In this document: one piece after another, positions 55,969 to 64,000 of the stretch
Layout: each line of letters opens with the position of its first letter
Numbering within the stretch: position 1 is the stretch's first letter
Origin: Polyangiaceae bacterium
GTDB lineage: Bacteria > Myxococcota_A > Polyangia > Polyangiales > Polyangiaceae
Reading direction: 5' to 3'
DNA length: 64,000 nucleotides
NCBI GenBank assembly: GCA_044224495.1
Contig: JBGAKG010000027.1
Location: 29,521 to 93,520 of the forward strand
The notes under the pieces: generated by a model
Seen by the model: only the letters and a program-made list of their open reading frames with translations
Told to the model about the DNA's origin: nothing
The model's database searches: none
Program-made: the position numbers and the translations under genes

Positions 55969-58746
55969 ATGCGAACGTCGTCCAAATTCTTGGTTTTTGG
56001 GCTCATTTTGGCCTGTGGGGCGCCGGCGCTGCCGATGGCTCCCCCGCTGGGAGGGGCCATCCCGACCCCCCCGACGAGCCTAGAAGGTAGCAACGCGAAC
56101 CATCTCGGTGCTTCCGGCGGGTCAGGGCCTCGTTCCCAACCGACGCTCCTCGCGACCGGCGACTACCTCACGCCCGAGGCCGCTCCGGGCTCGGTGCTCC
56201 TCCCTCTCGCCCCCGGTGATCCGCCGAACGTTCGCGATGCCTTCGCGGTCTCCCTCGCGCTCGATGGGCACGGCGCCCTTGCCGTCCTGACCAGCGGCTA
56301 CAACCGCGGCTCCTCCGGCAAGCGGCCCGAGCACGTCTATCTGTTCGACGTGGCCAAGGGCGCCCCCGCCCCCGGCGAGATCCTGTCCCTCCCGAACGCC
56401 TTCTGGGGCCTCGCCTTCGCCGGCGGGACCCTCCACGTGAGCGGCGGCTCCGACGATGCCGTCGCCGCCTTCCCTCCCGGCGCCGAGCCCGGCACCCACG
56501 CGGCGCCGGTCGTCACGAAGCTCGGGCACAAGACGGGCCTCGGGCTCGGACAGAGCCCCTACGCCGCCGGCCTCGGTGTGCTCCCGGACGGCACCGTCGC
56601 CGTCGCGAACCACGAGAACGACTCGCTCTCCCTCGTCGCGGCCGGCAGGGTCGGCGCCGAGATCGACCTCCGCCCCGCCACCGGCATGGGCGGCGACTTC
56701 CCCGCCGGGGTCCTGGTCGTGGGCGACCTCGTCTACGTCACCACCCAGCGAACCGGCGAGCTCCTCGAGGTGTCCCCCAAGGATCGCAAGGTGACCCGCC
56801 GCCTCCGCGTCGGCGCCCAGCCGACCAAGCTCGTCGCCACCCACGACGGAGCCACGATCTTCGTCGCCAACGCGGGGAGCGACACCGTCAGCGTCGTCGA
56901 CCGCGCGGCGTTCACCGTCACCGAGTCGATCCCGGTCGTCCCCGCCCTCCCCGACCTTCCCGCCGGCGCGACCCGCGGCGCCAACCCCAACGGGCTCGCG
57001 CTCGCCCCCGACGAGCGCACGCTCTGGGTGAGCCTCGGTGGGCTCGACGCGGTCGGCGTCATCGAGCGCGGAGACGCCGGCGCCCACCTGGTCGGCATGA
57101 TCCCGACCGGCTTCTACCCGAACGACGTCGCCGTGACCGCCGACTGGGTCTACGTCGCGTACGGCAAGAGCTCGACCGGGCCGAACCCCGGCGGGCCCCG
57201 CGCGTCGAAGCCGCCCGAGTTCGGGCCGACCGGCGGCGACGCGTTCTCCCTCTCGCTCCTTCACGGCGGGCTCCACGCGTTCCCGCGCCCGAGCGGCGCG
57301 GTCCTGGCGGCGCTGTCTCGGCAGGTGCTCGTCAACGCGCGCCTCGCGAGCCCGCCCGCCGTTCCGCCGATCTTCGAGGAGCTCCGCGGCAAGGTGAAGC
57401 ACGTCGTCTTCGTCGTCGGCGAGAACCGCACCTACGACCAGGTCCTCGGTGACCAAGCGGGGGCCGACGGTGATCCCTCGCTCGTCCACTGGGGCGACGC
57501 CAACACCCCGAACCAGCACGCGCTCGCGCGAACCTTCGTCACGTTCGACCGCTTCTTCGCCAGCGGCGGCGTCTCCGGCGACGGCTGGCAGTGGACGGTC
57601 GCGGGCCGCACCACCGACCTCACCGAGAAAGAGGTCCCCCTGATGTACGCGAACCGCGGCGAGCACAGCTACGACTGGGAGGGCTCGAACCGCGGCATCA
57701 ACGTCGGTCTCCCCACCGTCGCCGCGCGCCAGGCGTGGAACCCGAAGACACCGAGCGATCCGCGCCTGCTCCCCGGCGTGAGCGACGTGGCGGCTCCGCA
57801 TCAAGATGCGCCGTTCCTCTGGGACGTCGCGCGCGCCGCCGGGCTCGGCGTGCGGAACTACGGGTGCTTCGCCGAGGACGTCCGCTACGGCCTCAAGGAG
57901 AAGGACCCCGGGTTCGTCCCGCTGCTCCGGGATCCGGCAAAGACCAAGACGCGGGTCGCGTTCCCGAGCGCGCCGGGGTTGCTCGAAGCGACCGACCCCT
58001 ACTTCCGCGGCTTCGACATGCGCTTCCCCGACGCGTGGCGCGTCGACGAGTGGCTCCGCGAGTTCGCGCTCCAGGAGAAGCAGGGCACGTTCCCCGCGCT
58101 CACGCTCGTGCGCCTGCCCCACGATCACTTCGGCAGCTTCAAGAGCGCCGCCGCCGGGCTCGATACGCCCGACACGCAGATGGCCGACCACGACTGGGCG
58201 CTCGGGCGGCTCGTCGAGCGGCTCGCGAAGAGCCCATTTTGGGACGACACCGTCATCGTCGTCGTCGAGGACGACGCGCAGGACGGCGCGGACCACGTCG
58301 ATTCGCATCGGAGTCTTCTCTTTCTGGCCGGGGGTCACGTCGCGCGCGGCGTCGTCAGCCACCAGAGCTATGCGACACCGAGCGTGCTCCGCACGATCGA
58401 GCTGCTCCTCGGGCTCGCGCCGCTGGGCCGCAACGACGCGGTCGCCCCGCCGATCGCGGATGCGTTCTCGGCGACCGCGCTCCCTGCGGCGTTCAGCGCG
58501 CGCGTCCCCGACGTGCTCCGCACGACCAAGCTCGACCTGCCGCCCGCACCCACGGCGACGGCGCTCGTCCGCCCGCGCGGCGACGCCGCGTTCTGGGAGG
58601 CGCGAACGGCGGGGATGGACTTCTCGCGCGAAGATCGAGTGCCGACGGCCGAGCTCAACGAGGCGCTCTGGTGCGGGCTCGTCGCCCCCGACGGCTGCCG
58701 GACGCGAACCGCCGTCGCGGAGCGCGACGAGGACGACGACGACTAA
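55969..58746 (+). CDS. lipoprotein: N-terminal YVTN-type beta-propeller fused to phosphoesterase-family (phospholipase C / acid phosphatase AcpA-like) domain
   Basis: Lipobox LILACG. Propeller blades (TIFVANAGSDTVSVVD etc.). VVFVVGENRTYDQVLGD matches the phosphoesterase family signature. Confidence 0.75.
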   Translation: MRTSSKFLVFGLILACGAPALPMAPPLGGAIPTPPTSLEGSNANHLGASGGSGPRSQPTLLATGDYLTPEAAPGSVLLPLAPGDPPNVRDAFAVSLALDGHGALAVLTSGYNRGSSGKRPEHVYLFDVAKGAPAPGEILSLPNAFWGLAFAGGTLHVSGGSDDAVAAFPPGAEPGTHAAPVVTKLGHKTGLGLGQSPYAAGLGVLPDGTVAVANHENDSLSLVAAGRVGAEIDLRPATGMGGDFPAGVLVVGDLVYVTTQRTGELLEVSPKDRKVTRRLRVGAQPTKLVATHDGATIFVANAGSDTVSVVDRAAFTVTESIPVVPALPDLPAGATRGANPNGLALAPDERTLWVSLGGLDAVGVIERGDAGAHLVGMIPTGFYPNDVAVTADWVYVAYGKSSTGPNPGGPRASKPPEFGPTGGDAFSLSLLHGGLHAFPRPSGAVLAALSRQVLVNARLASPPAVPPIFEELRGKVKHVVFVVGENRTYDQVLGDQAGADGDPSLVHWGDANTPNQHALARTFVTFDRFFASGGVSGDGWQWTVAGRTTDLTEKEVPLMYANRGEHSYDWEGSNRGINVGLPTVAARQAWNPKTPSDPRLLPGVSDVAAPHQDAPFLWDVARAAGLGVRNYGCFAEDVRYGLKEKDPGFVPLLRDPAKTKTRVAFPSAPGLLEATDPYFRGFDMRFPDAWRVDEWLREFALQEKQGTFPALTLVRLPHDHFGSFKSAAAGLDTPDTQMADHDWALGRLVERLAKSPFWDDTVIVVVEDDAQDGADHVDSHRSLLFLAGGHVARGVVSHQSYATPSVLRTIELLLGLAPLGRNDAVAPPIADAFSATALPAAFSARVPDVLRTTKLDLPPAPTATALVRPRGDAAFWEARTAGMDFSREDRVPTAELNEALWCGLVAPDGCRTRTAVAERDEDDDD

Positions 58747-58778
58747 GGTTAGTGCCCGAATCGCTCAGGCCCTTCTTC

Positions 58779-58933
58779 GTGCCCGTGCCCGTGCCCGTGC
58801 CCGTGCCCGAACGACGACGCTGGCAGCTCGGTTCCGTGGAGCAGAGGAACCTCCAATCGGCCAGCCGCACCCAAAGCTTCATTCTCGCTCGCTCGCTCGC
58901 TCGCCCGCGCTCGGGCATGGGCACGGGCACGTG
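58779..58933. repeat. hexamer-TIR hairpin element, copy 2 (inverted orientation relative to copy 1): (GTGCCC)5 ... GGGCATGGGCACGGGCAC, with internal (CTCG)5
   Basis: The reverse complement aligns with copy 1 at both ends (TCGAWTCTTCACGTGCCC... and ...GAGCTGCCAGCRTCGTCGTTCGGGCACGGGCAC...). Sits between convergent genes. Confidence 0.7.
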
Positions 58934-58950
58934 AAGATTCGAGATTGGGT

Positions 58951-60018
58951 CTAGCGCCGCGGGAACAGGAGCTGCAGCGGCAGCGCGATGCGCGACGCCC
59001 ACGACGCCGCGTCGTGCGAGTGCCCCGGGAACACGAGCCGGTGCAGATCCACACCGGCCGCGTACTCGTAGCCCTTGAGCGCGTGGAACATGGACCGCGT
59101 GTCGTGGAAGCCGTCGCGCACGTTCACGTCGCGCTCGTCCGCGCGGATCGAGGCGCCCGAGTCGACGTAGAGCGAAGGGCGCGGATTCGGCACCGGACCG
59201 CGCTCCGCCGCCCGCACCGCCCAACGATGCGCCCACCAGAACGAGCTCGAGAGGCACGCGGCCTTGCCGAACACCTCCGGCTTCGACCAGGCGGCGAAGA
59301 ACGCGAAGAGCCCGCCCATCGACGAGCCGAGGATGCCCGTGTTCGCCCGATCGGGGAGGACCCGGTACTTCGCGTTCACGTGCGGGCGGAGCACGTCGAC
59401 GATGTCGGCGAGGAGCTTCGGCCCTTCGCCGCCGCCGTGCTTCGGATCCGGCACCGGGCTCAGCCGCTCGATCCGGCGCTCGGACGTGTGGATGCCGACG
59501 ACGATCAGCTCCTCGAGCGCGTCGAGATCGTCGAGCCGATCGATCGTCGCATCCAGGTTCCAGACGCCGAACGGATCGGTCGACGTCGTCCAGAGCGACT
59601 GACCGTCGAGGACGTAGAGCACCGGGTAGTGCTTGCGCTCCTGCTCTTCGTACGTCTGCGGGAGGAGCACGTCGAACGTGAGGGGACCGTGGGGCGTCGT
59701 GATCGTCTCGGTCGGCGCGAGGAACGTGCGCTCGCGATCGAACGCGGGCTCGAGCACCAGCCGATCGCCCGCTTGGACCACGTAGTTGCGACCCTTCGCC
59801 CAGTCGGTCTCGTCGCGAACGACCTTGAGCTCGAGCTGCTCGCCCGGCGGGACGTCGACGTGGAACGTGTGGCGATCCTCGTGGACCTTCGACGGGTACT
59901 TCGTCTCGTCCCACGAGAGGGGCGCGTGGCTCCCGCGGAGCCCGATCCGCCAGCGCTCGGCGGGGTAGATCACCTCGACGATGGTGGGTTTCGGGGACGG
60001 GACGATGCTCACTCGCAT
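58951..60018 (-). CDS. esterase (putative esterase family, enterochelin-esterase-like with N-terminal Ig-like domain)
   Basis: Start placed at MRVSIV. YPVLYVLDGQ and GSSMGGLFAFFAAW match the nucleophile elbow of the family. Confidence 0.7.
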   Translation of the reverse strand: MRVSIVPSPKPTIVEVIYPAERWRIGLRGSHAPLSWDETKYPSKVHEDRHTFHVDVPPGEQLELKVVRDETDWAKGRNYVVQAGDRLVLEPAFDRERTFLAPTETITTPHGPLTFDVLLPQTYEEQERKHYPVLYVLDGQSLWTTSTDPFGVWNLDATIDRLDDLDALEELIVVGIHTSERRIERLSPVPDPKHGGGEGPKLLADIVDVLRPHVNAKYRVLPDRANTGILGSSMGGLFAFFAAWSKPEVFGKAACLSSSFWWAHRWAVRAAERGPVPNPRPSLYVDSGASIRADERDVNVRDGFHDTRSMFHALKGYEYAAGVDLHRLVFPGHSHDAASWASRIALPLQLLFPRR

Positions 60019-60095
60019 GTTCAAAGCTTCGTTCCTCTCGGGTTCGACGGGACGTCCAGGACCAGGACCGGAGCGCATGCTACCTTTTCGCGCCC

Positions 60096-61403
60096 ATGGA
60101 AGCGCAGCCGGTCAGCCACCCGCCCTTCGCGCTGGGAGCGATCCGCCGATCGCTCGGTGCGATCCCCTTCTACCAGAAGCACCGCGCCGCCGAAGGGCGC
60201 GCCTCGCTCGGCGAGCTCCTCGCCGAGCTCCCCCTCCTCTTCAAGAAGGACGTGCGCTCGGCGCTCCCGAAGGCGTGGGTTCCCGCCGGGCGCGACCCGC
60301 GCGCCGAGCTCGCTTCGGGCGACCTCGAGATGGTCGAGACCAGCGGGAGCACCGAAGAGCGGCTCCGCATCCTCTGGGACAAGGGCTGGTGGCTGAACCA
60401 GGAAGAGCGCGCGATGCGCACGAACCCGGTCATCGCGCGCTGCCTCGATGCCCCGGGCTACCGCGAGGCCATCCTGACCACGCCCGTGTGCGGTGGCGGC
60501 GTGTGCCACACCGGCGACCTCTCGTACGAGGAGCGCTGCGACGAGCATCGCGTGTTCCTCAACATGAAGCCGGACCCCACCTTCTGGCGCGCGCCCGACA
60601 TGGACCGGATGGTCGACGAGATCGCGCGCCACCGCACGGTCGGGCTCGAGGCCGATCCGGCGTACCTCGCCGCGCTCGCGCGCCACGCCGCCGAGCGCGG
60701 CCGCACGATCGACGTCGCCGGCTTCACCCAGCTCACGTACGCGTTCACGACGCGCGCGCACCTTCGTTCGATCCGGCTCGCGTACCAGGGCCCGATCTTC
60801 CAGCTCTACGGCGCGAGCGAGGTGGGCGTCCTCTTCATGGAGGGCGACGACGGCTTCCTCCACCACTCGCCGTTCACGACCCACGTCGAGCTCCTGCGCG
60901 CCAAGGTGGCGACGCCGGGTGCGAGCGACGTCGCGCTCGTCGTCGTGAGCACGCTCGATCGCGTGGCGCAGCCGCTCCTCCGCTTCGTCGTCGGTGATCT
61001 CGTTCAGATCGCGCCCGAGGCGCCCCGCCGCTTCACTTCGGTCCCGGCGCTCCGCAGCATCGAAGGGCGCGTCCAGGACGCGGTCGTCCGGCCCGACGGC
61101 GCGCTCGTCACGACCGGTGCGATCGACCGCGCGATGGACGCGCTCACCGACCGCGTGCAGGACTACCAGGTGACCCAGGACTCGCCGGGGACGGTCACGG
61201 TCGACGTGGTCGCTCGGAGCGGCGCCACCGGCGCCGAGACCGCCGCCCGCGACGCGCTGGCCCAGCTCTTCGAGGGGCTCGTCGTCACGGCGCGCAAGTC
61301 GGCCGCGATCCAGGCCGAGGCGAGCGGCAAGTTCCGCATCGTCCGGCGCACGTTCCCGATCGACGTGGCGAAGTCGTTCGAAGCGCGCGCGACCGACGGA
61401 TGA
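60096..61403 (+). CDS. phenylacetate-CoA ligase-like adenylate-forming enzyme (PaaK/CapK/F390 synthetase family)
   Basis: ETSGSTEERL (SGST-type AMP motif) and the family-typical length. Stop overlaps the sufS-like start. Confidence 0.7.
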   Translation: MEAQPVSHPPFALGAIRRSLGAIPFYQKHRAAEGRASLGELLAELPLLFKKDVRSALPKAWVPAGRDPRAELASGDLEMVETSGSTEERLRILWDKGWWLNQEERAMRTNPVIARCLDAPGYREAILTTPVCGGGVCHTGDLSYEERCDEHRVFLNMKPDPTFWRAPDMDRMVDEIARHRTVGLEADPAYLAALARHAAERGRTIDVAGFTQLTYAFTTRAHLRSIRLAYQGPIFQLYGASEVGVLFMEGDDGFLHHSPFTTHVELLRAKVATPGASDVALVVVSTLDRVAQPLLRFVVGDLVQIAPEAPRRFTSVPALRSIEGRVQDAVVRPDGALVTTGAIDRAMDALTDRVQDYQVTQDSPGTVTVDVVARSGATGAETAARDALAQLFEGLVVTARKSAAIQAEASGKFRIVRRTFPIDVAKSFEARATDG

Positions 61404-62599
61404 CGCTCGCCGGCCAGGTACGCAAGGACTTCCCGCTCCTCGCCCGCGAGTACGAGGGGCGCCCGCTCGTGTTCCTCGACAGCGCGTCGACGACGCCGAA
61501 GCCGCGCGTCGTCATCGATGCGGTGCGCGACTACTACGAGCACAAGACCGCCAACGTGCACCGCGGGGTGCACTTGCTCGGCGAGGAAGCCACGGACGCG
61601 TACGAAGCCGCCCGGATCGAGGTCGCGTCGCTCGTCGGTGGGCGGCCCCCCGAGATCGTCTTCGTCCGCGGCACGACCGAGGCGATCAACTTGGTCGCCC
61701 ACGGGCTCCGCCTGAAGGAGGACGACGAGATCGTCTTCGCGGCGAGCGAGCACCACGCGAACTACCTCCCCTGGAGGGTGCACGGGAAGCCGAACGTCGT
61801 CCCGATCGATGGGGAAGGCATCCCATTTTGGTACAAGGTACCCGAGATGCTCGGGCCGAAGACGCGCCTCCTCGCGATCGGCCACGTCTCGAACGTCACG
61901 GGCGCGATCGCGCCGGTGGACTTCCTCGTGACCGAGGCGAAGAAGCGCGGCATCCCAGTCCTGCTCGACGCGGCGCAGTCGCTCAGCCACCTCCCGCTCG
62001 ACGTCGGAGCGCTCGGCGTCGATTTCGTGGCGGCCAGCGCGCACAAGGCCTTCGGGCCGAGCGGCGTCGGGTTCCTCTGGGGCAAGAGCGATCGCCTCGC
62101 CGAGCTCGCGCTCTACCAGGTCGGCGGCGGCATGGTCGCGATGAACGAGGACGACGCGATGATCCCGCGCGACGTCCCGTTCCGGTTCGAGGCGGGGACC
62201 CCCGCGATCGAGGCCGCGATCGGCTTCGGCGCGGCGGTGAAGTGGCTCCGCGCGGTGGGGCTCGACGCGGTGCGCGCGCACGACCTCGCGATCCTGGAGT
62301 CGCTCCTGGCCGGGCTGGACGCAATCCCAGAGGTCCGCGTGCTCGGGCGCAAGCTCCGCCACGACGAGCGCATCGCGCTCGCGACGTTCGTCGTCGACGC
62401 TCCGGCGATGACGCAGGAGAACGTGGCCCGCGCGTTGTCCGACACGTTCGGCGTCTGCGTCTCGGGCGGGTTCCACTGCGCCCACGTGCTCCACGCGCGC
62501 GCGAAGCTGGACGGAACGGTCCGCGCCAGCCCGCACGTCTTCAACGACGCCTCGGACCTCGAGCGGCTGTTCGAGGGCCTTCGCGAGATCGTCGGTTGA
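61400..62599 (+). CDS. cysteine desulfurase-like class V aminotransferase (SufS/CsdA family)
   Basis: FLDSASTTPKP, the HKTANVHRG context and the PLP-Lys region SAHKAFGPSGVGFLWG. 399 aa. Confidence 0.8.
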   Translation: MTLAGQVRKDFPLLAREYEGRPLVFLDSASTTPKPRVVIDAVRDYYEHKTANVHRGVHLLGEEATDAYEAARIEVASLVGGRPPEIVFVRGTTEAINLVAHGLRLKEDDEIVFAASEHHANYLPWRVHGKPNVVPIDGEGIPFWYKVPEMLGPKTRLLAIGHVSNVTGAIAPVDFLVTEAKKRGIPVLLDAAQSLSHLPLDVGALGVDFVAASAHKAFGPSGVGFLWGKSDRLAELALYQVGGGMVAMNEDDAMIPRDVPFRFEAGTPAIEAAIGFGAAVKWLRAVGLDAVRAHDLAILESLLAGLDAIPEVRVLGRKLRHDERIALATFVVDAPAMTQENVARALSDTFGVCVSGGFHCAHVLHARAKLDGTVRASPHVFNDASDLERLFEGLREIVG

Positions 62600-62660
62600 G
62601 ACGCTCAGGCGGTCCCTAAAGTCGGCGCCGCTCGGGCCGTACCCATCGTCGAGGGACGCC

Positions 62661-62873
62661 ATGAAGCCGCTCACGCGCATCGACCCGCACACCCAGTGGA
62701 TCCACGCCGACGACCTCCCCACGATCGTGCCGCACGCCCCGCTGCGCTTCGATCTCGACGCGGGGCTGAGCTCCGCGGACGACCAGAGCTTCGATCGCAA
62801 CGGCTACGGTGAAGAGTTCGACGTCTTCGCCGCGACCATGAGCGAGGCGCCGCCTCCCCTCGTGCGCGGCTGA
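62661..62873 (+). CDS. small hypothetical protein (70 aa), uncertain
   Basis: Good Shine-Dalgarno (GAGGGA) and acidic composition. Its 3' end overlaps the convergent YcaQ-like gene, so it may not be real. Confidence 0.3.
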   Translation: MKPLTRIDPHTQWIHADDLPTIVPHAPLRFDLDAGLSSADDQSFDRNGYGEEFDVFAATMSEAPPPLVRG

Positions 62874-63958
62874 GCCGAAGGCAGCTCGAGGAACTTCGCG
62901 AGTCGCGCGAGCTCCTCGTCGCGCCCTCGCCGGAAGGCGAGCCCACGCGGCGCCGTTCCCTTCACGAAGCCCAGCTCGACCGTGAGCGAGCCGGCCGCGA
63001 CCGACGCGTTCGCCCACCCGATCGCGTCGGCACCGAAGAGCAGCGGCAGCGCGTAGTAGCCACGGAGCCGCTTCTTCGCCGGCACGTAAGCCTCGAAGCG
63101 ATAGGGCCAGCCCCAGAGGAGCTCGAACCGCCGGCGATCCCACACGATCGGATCGAACGGCGCGAGGAAGCGCACGCCCTCCACCTCGACCGCGTCGCGC
63201 GGGGACTCTCCCGCGGGCCAGAGCCACTCGACGCCGTCCACCGTCGCCCGCGCCAGCGTCTTGCGCGCCCGCGCGAGCGCAGGTCGCAGCTCGCGGACGA
63301 GGTGCGGCGCCGCGTAGCGGAGCCGCCCGACCAACGCGCCGAAGGACGGCGCGGGGACCGGCGCGTACTTGTGGACCAGGAGCGCGACGAGCGCATCCGT
63401 CACGGCCGCGCGCGGCGCCGAAGCTCCTTCGTGAACGGCCGGCGCGTAGATGCGGATCCCGCCTTCGCGCCGCGCGACGCGCACCATGCCCCGGTAGTGC
63501 ATCCGCTCGAGCAGGTGCGTCGACGCGCTCGAGGTCCCTCCCCAGTAGTTCGTGATCGTGCCGTGCTCGAAGTGCGCGTCGACGTCGCGCGGGTGCACCT
63601 CGCCGCGCTCGCGGACGAACTCGAGGATCGCCGCGGCGCGCTTCGTCATCGTTCGGTCCCACGCCCGCCGCGGAGAACGCGGGTGCAGGAGCGAGACGTG
63701 CTCGCGCGGCAGGAACCCGTAGTTGATGAAGTGCTCTTCCTCGACGTCGAGCTCCGGGTAGCGCGCCTCGAGCATGCCGGCGACGTAGCCGGGGACGCGG
63801 TGGCGAAGCGTCAGGTCCTGCGCGCGCGCCGGGGCGCGAATCGGGTCGGCTTGGACGAACCCGAGCTGCTGGATCGCCGTACCGAGCGGAGCCGTGACGA
63901 GCGAGCGCGCGACGGCGTAGCGGCGGAGGGTCGCGAGATCGATCGGTCGAGCCGGCAT
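62804..63958 (-). CDS. winged-helix DNA glycosylase-like protein (YcaQ/AlkZ, DUF1006 family)
   Basis: WPYRFEAYVPAKKRLRGYYALPLL is characteristic of the YcaQ/AlkZ family. 384 aa. Confidence 0.65.
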   Translation of the reverse strand: MPARPIDLATLRRYAVARSLVTAPLGTAIQQLGFVQADPIRAPARAQDLTLRHRVPGYVAGMLEARYPELDVEEEHFINYGFLPREHVSLLHPRSPRRAWDRTMTKRAAAILEFVRERGEVHPRDVDAHFEHGTITNYWGGTSSASTHLLERMHYRGMVRVARREGGIRIYAPAVHEGASAPRAAVTDALVALLVHKYAPVPAPSFGALVGRLRYAAPHLVRELRPALARARKTLARATVDGVEWLWPAGESPRDAVEVEGVRFLAPFDPIVWDRRRFELLWGWPYRFEAYVPAKKRLRGYYALPLLFGADAIGWANASVAAGSLTVELGFVKGTAPRGLAFRRGRDEELARLAKFLELPSAQPRTRGGGASLMVAAKTSNSSP

Positions 63959-64000
63959 CGACCAGCAGGTTAGTCGAGATCCATCCGCGCGCTCGCCCGT

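Noticed and set aside
15713-58933. The two inverted hairpin-element copies as boundaries of a 43 kb composite transposon or genomic island
   Set aside because: The intervening 43 kb carries core housekeeping genes (prfC, pepQ, lgt, a PlsC-like gene) and has uniform GC and codon usage. No transposase or integrase gene was found. The elements look like small intergenic repeats rather than island borders.
61828-61848. CCCATTTTGGTACAAGGTACC as a fifth copy of the 17-nt palindrome
   Set aside because: It shares only the GGTAC words and a loose AT core. It has more than 3 mismatches to the consensus, and GGTAC alone is too frequent to be informative.

Overview
This 64 kb window is about 70% GC and looks like a chromosomal segment from a member of the Myxococcota. 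Evidence for that: a protein with a MYXO-CTERM sorting tail, myxobacterial Cys-rich repeats, a DUF2378 family protein, and many lipoproteins and secreted Cys-rich proteins. I report 59 protein-coding features (every start above 1 was placed by my own codon counting back from the ORF-track stop and should be read as plus or minus 3 nt): 52 supportable protein-coding genes (confidence 0.5 or higher), 7 lower-confidence calls (0.3 to 0.45), and no canonical rRNA or tRNA. Many long Arg/Pro/Ala-rich ORFs in the six-frame track are GC-frame artefacts and were ignored.

Recognisable content:
- Housekeeping: prfC, pepQ, lgt, sufS-like, a PlsC-type acyltransferase, an SDR epimerase and a ROK kinase.
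- A five-gene minus-strand carotenoid operon (crtI, crtB, crtD, crtC, a GT2 glycosyltransferase) with overlapping stop/start codons. A second CrtI-family gene fragment sits at the window start.
- A PQQ sugar dehydrogenase next to a putative c-type cytochrome lipoprotein.
- A divergent pair: a Hanks Ser/Thr kinase and a P-loop ATPase-TPR-OmpR-wHTH regulator.
- A REC-EAL response regulator, a multiheme cytochrome c, and an ArsR/AHSA1 pair.

Features the gene calls do not explain:
1. A roughly 2.3 kb ORF-free region of lower GC at 4320-6700, between two secreted-protein genes.
2. A family of about 150 bp intergenic hairpin elements whose terminal inverted repeats are (GTGCCC)n/(GGGCAC)n hexamer arrays. 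There are two clear copies in opposite orientation at about 15.7 kb and 58.8 kb, plus a degenerate third next to prfC.
3. A 17-nt near-palindrome, CGTACCAAATTGGTACG, present four times (at least 15/17 identity). Three copies lie inside coding sequences without breaking the reading frame.
4. A four-gene translationally coupled operon: DUF4139-like, a small protein resembling a sigma-70 fragment, an FG-GAP membrane protein and a standalone HNH nuclease.
5. Triple GAATCGCTC direct repeats in the crtI promoter region.
6. An Lgt with a roughly 150 aa poly-acidic tail.
7. Several perfect palindromes in divergent promoter regions.

By my own indexing, coordinates may be off by 1-2 nt in a few places. 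Where an ORF-track boundary exists I used it.
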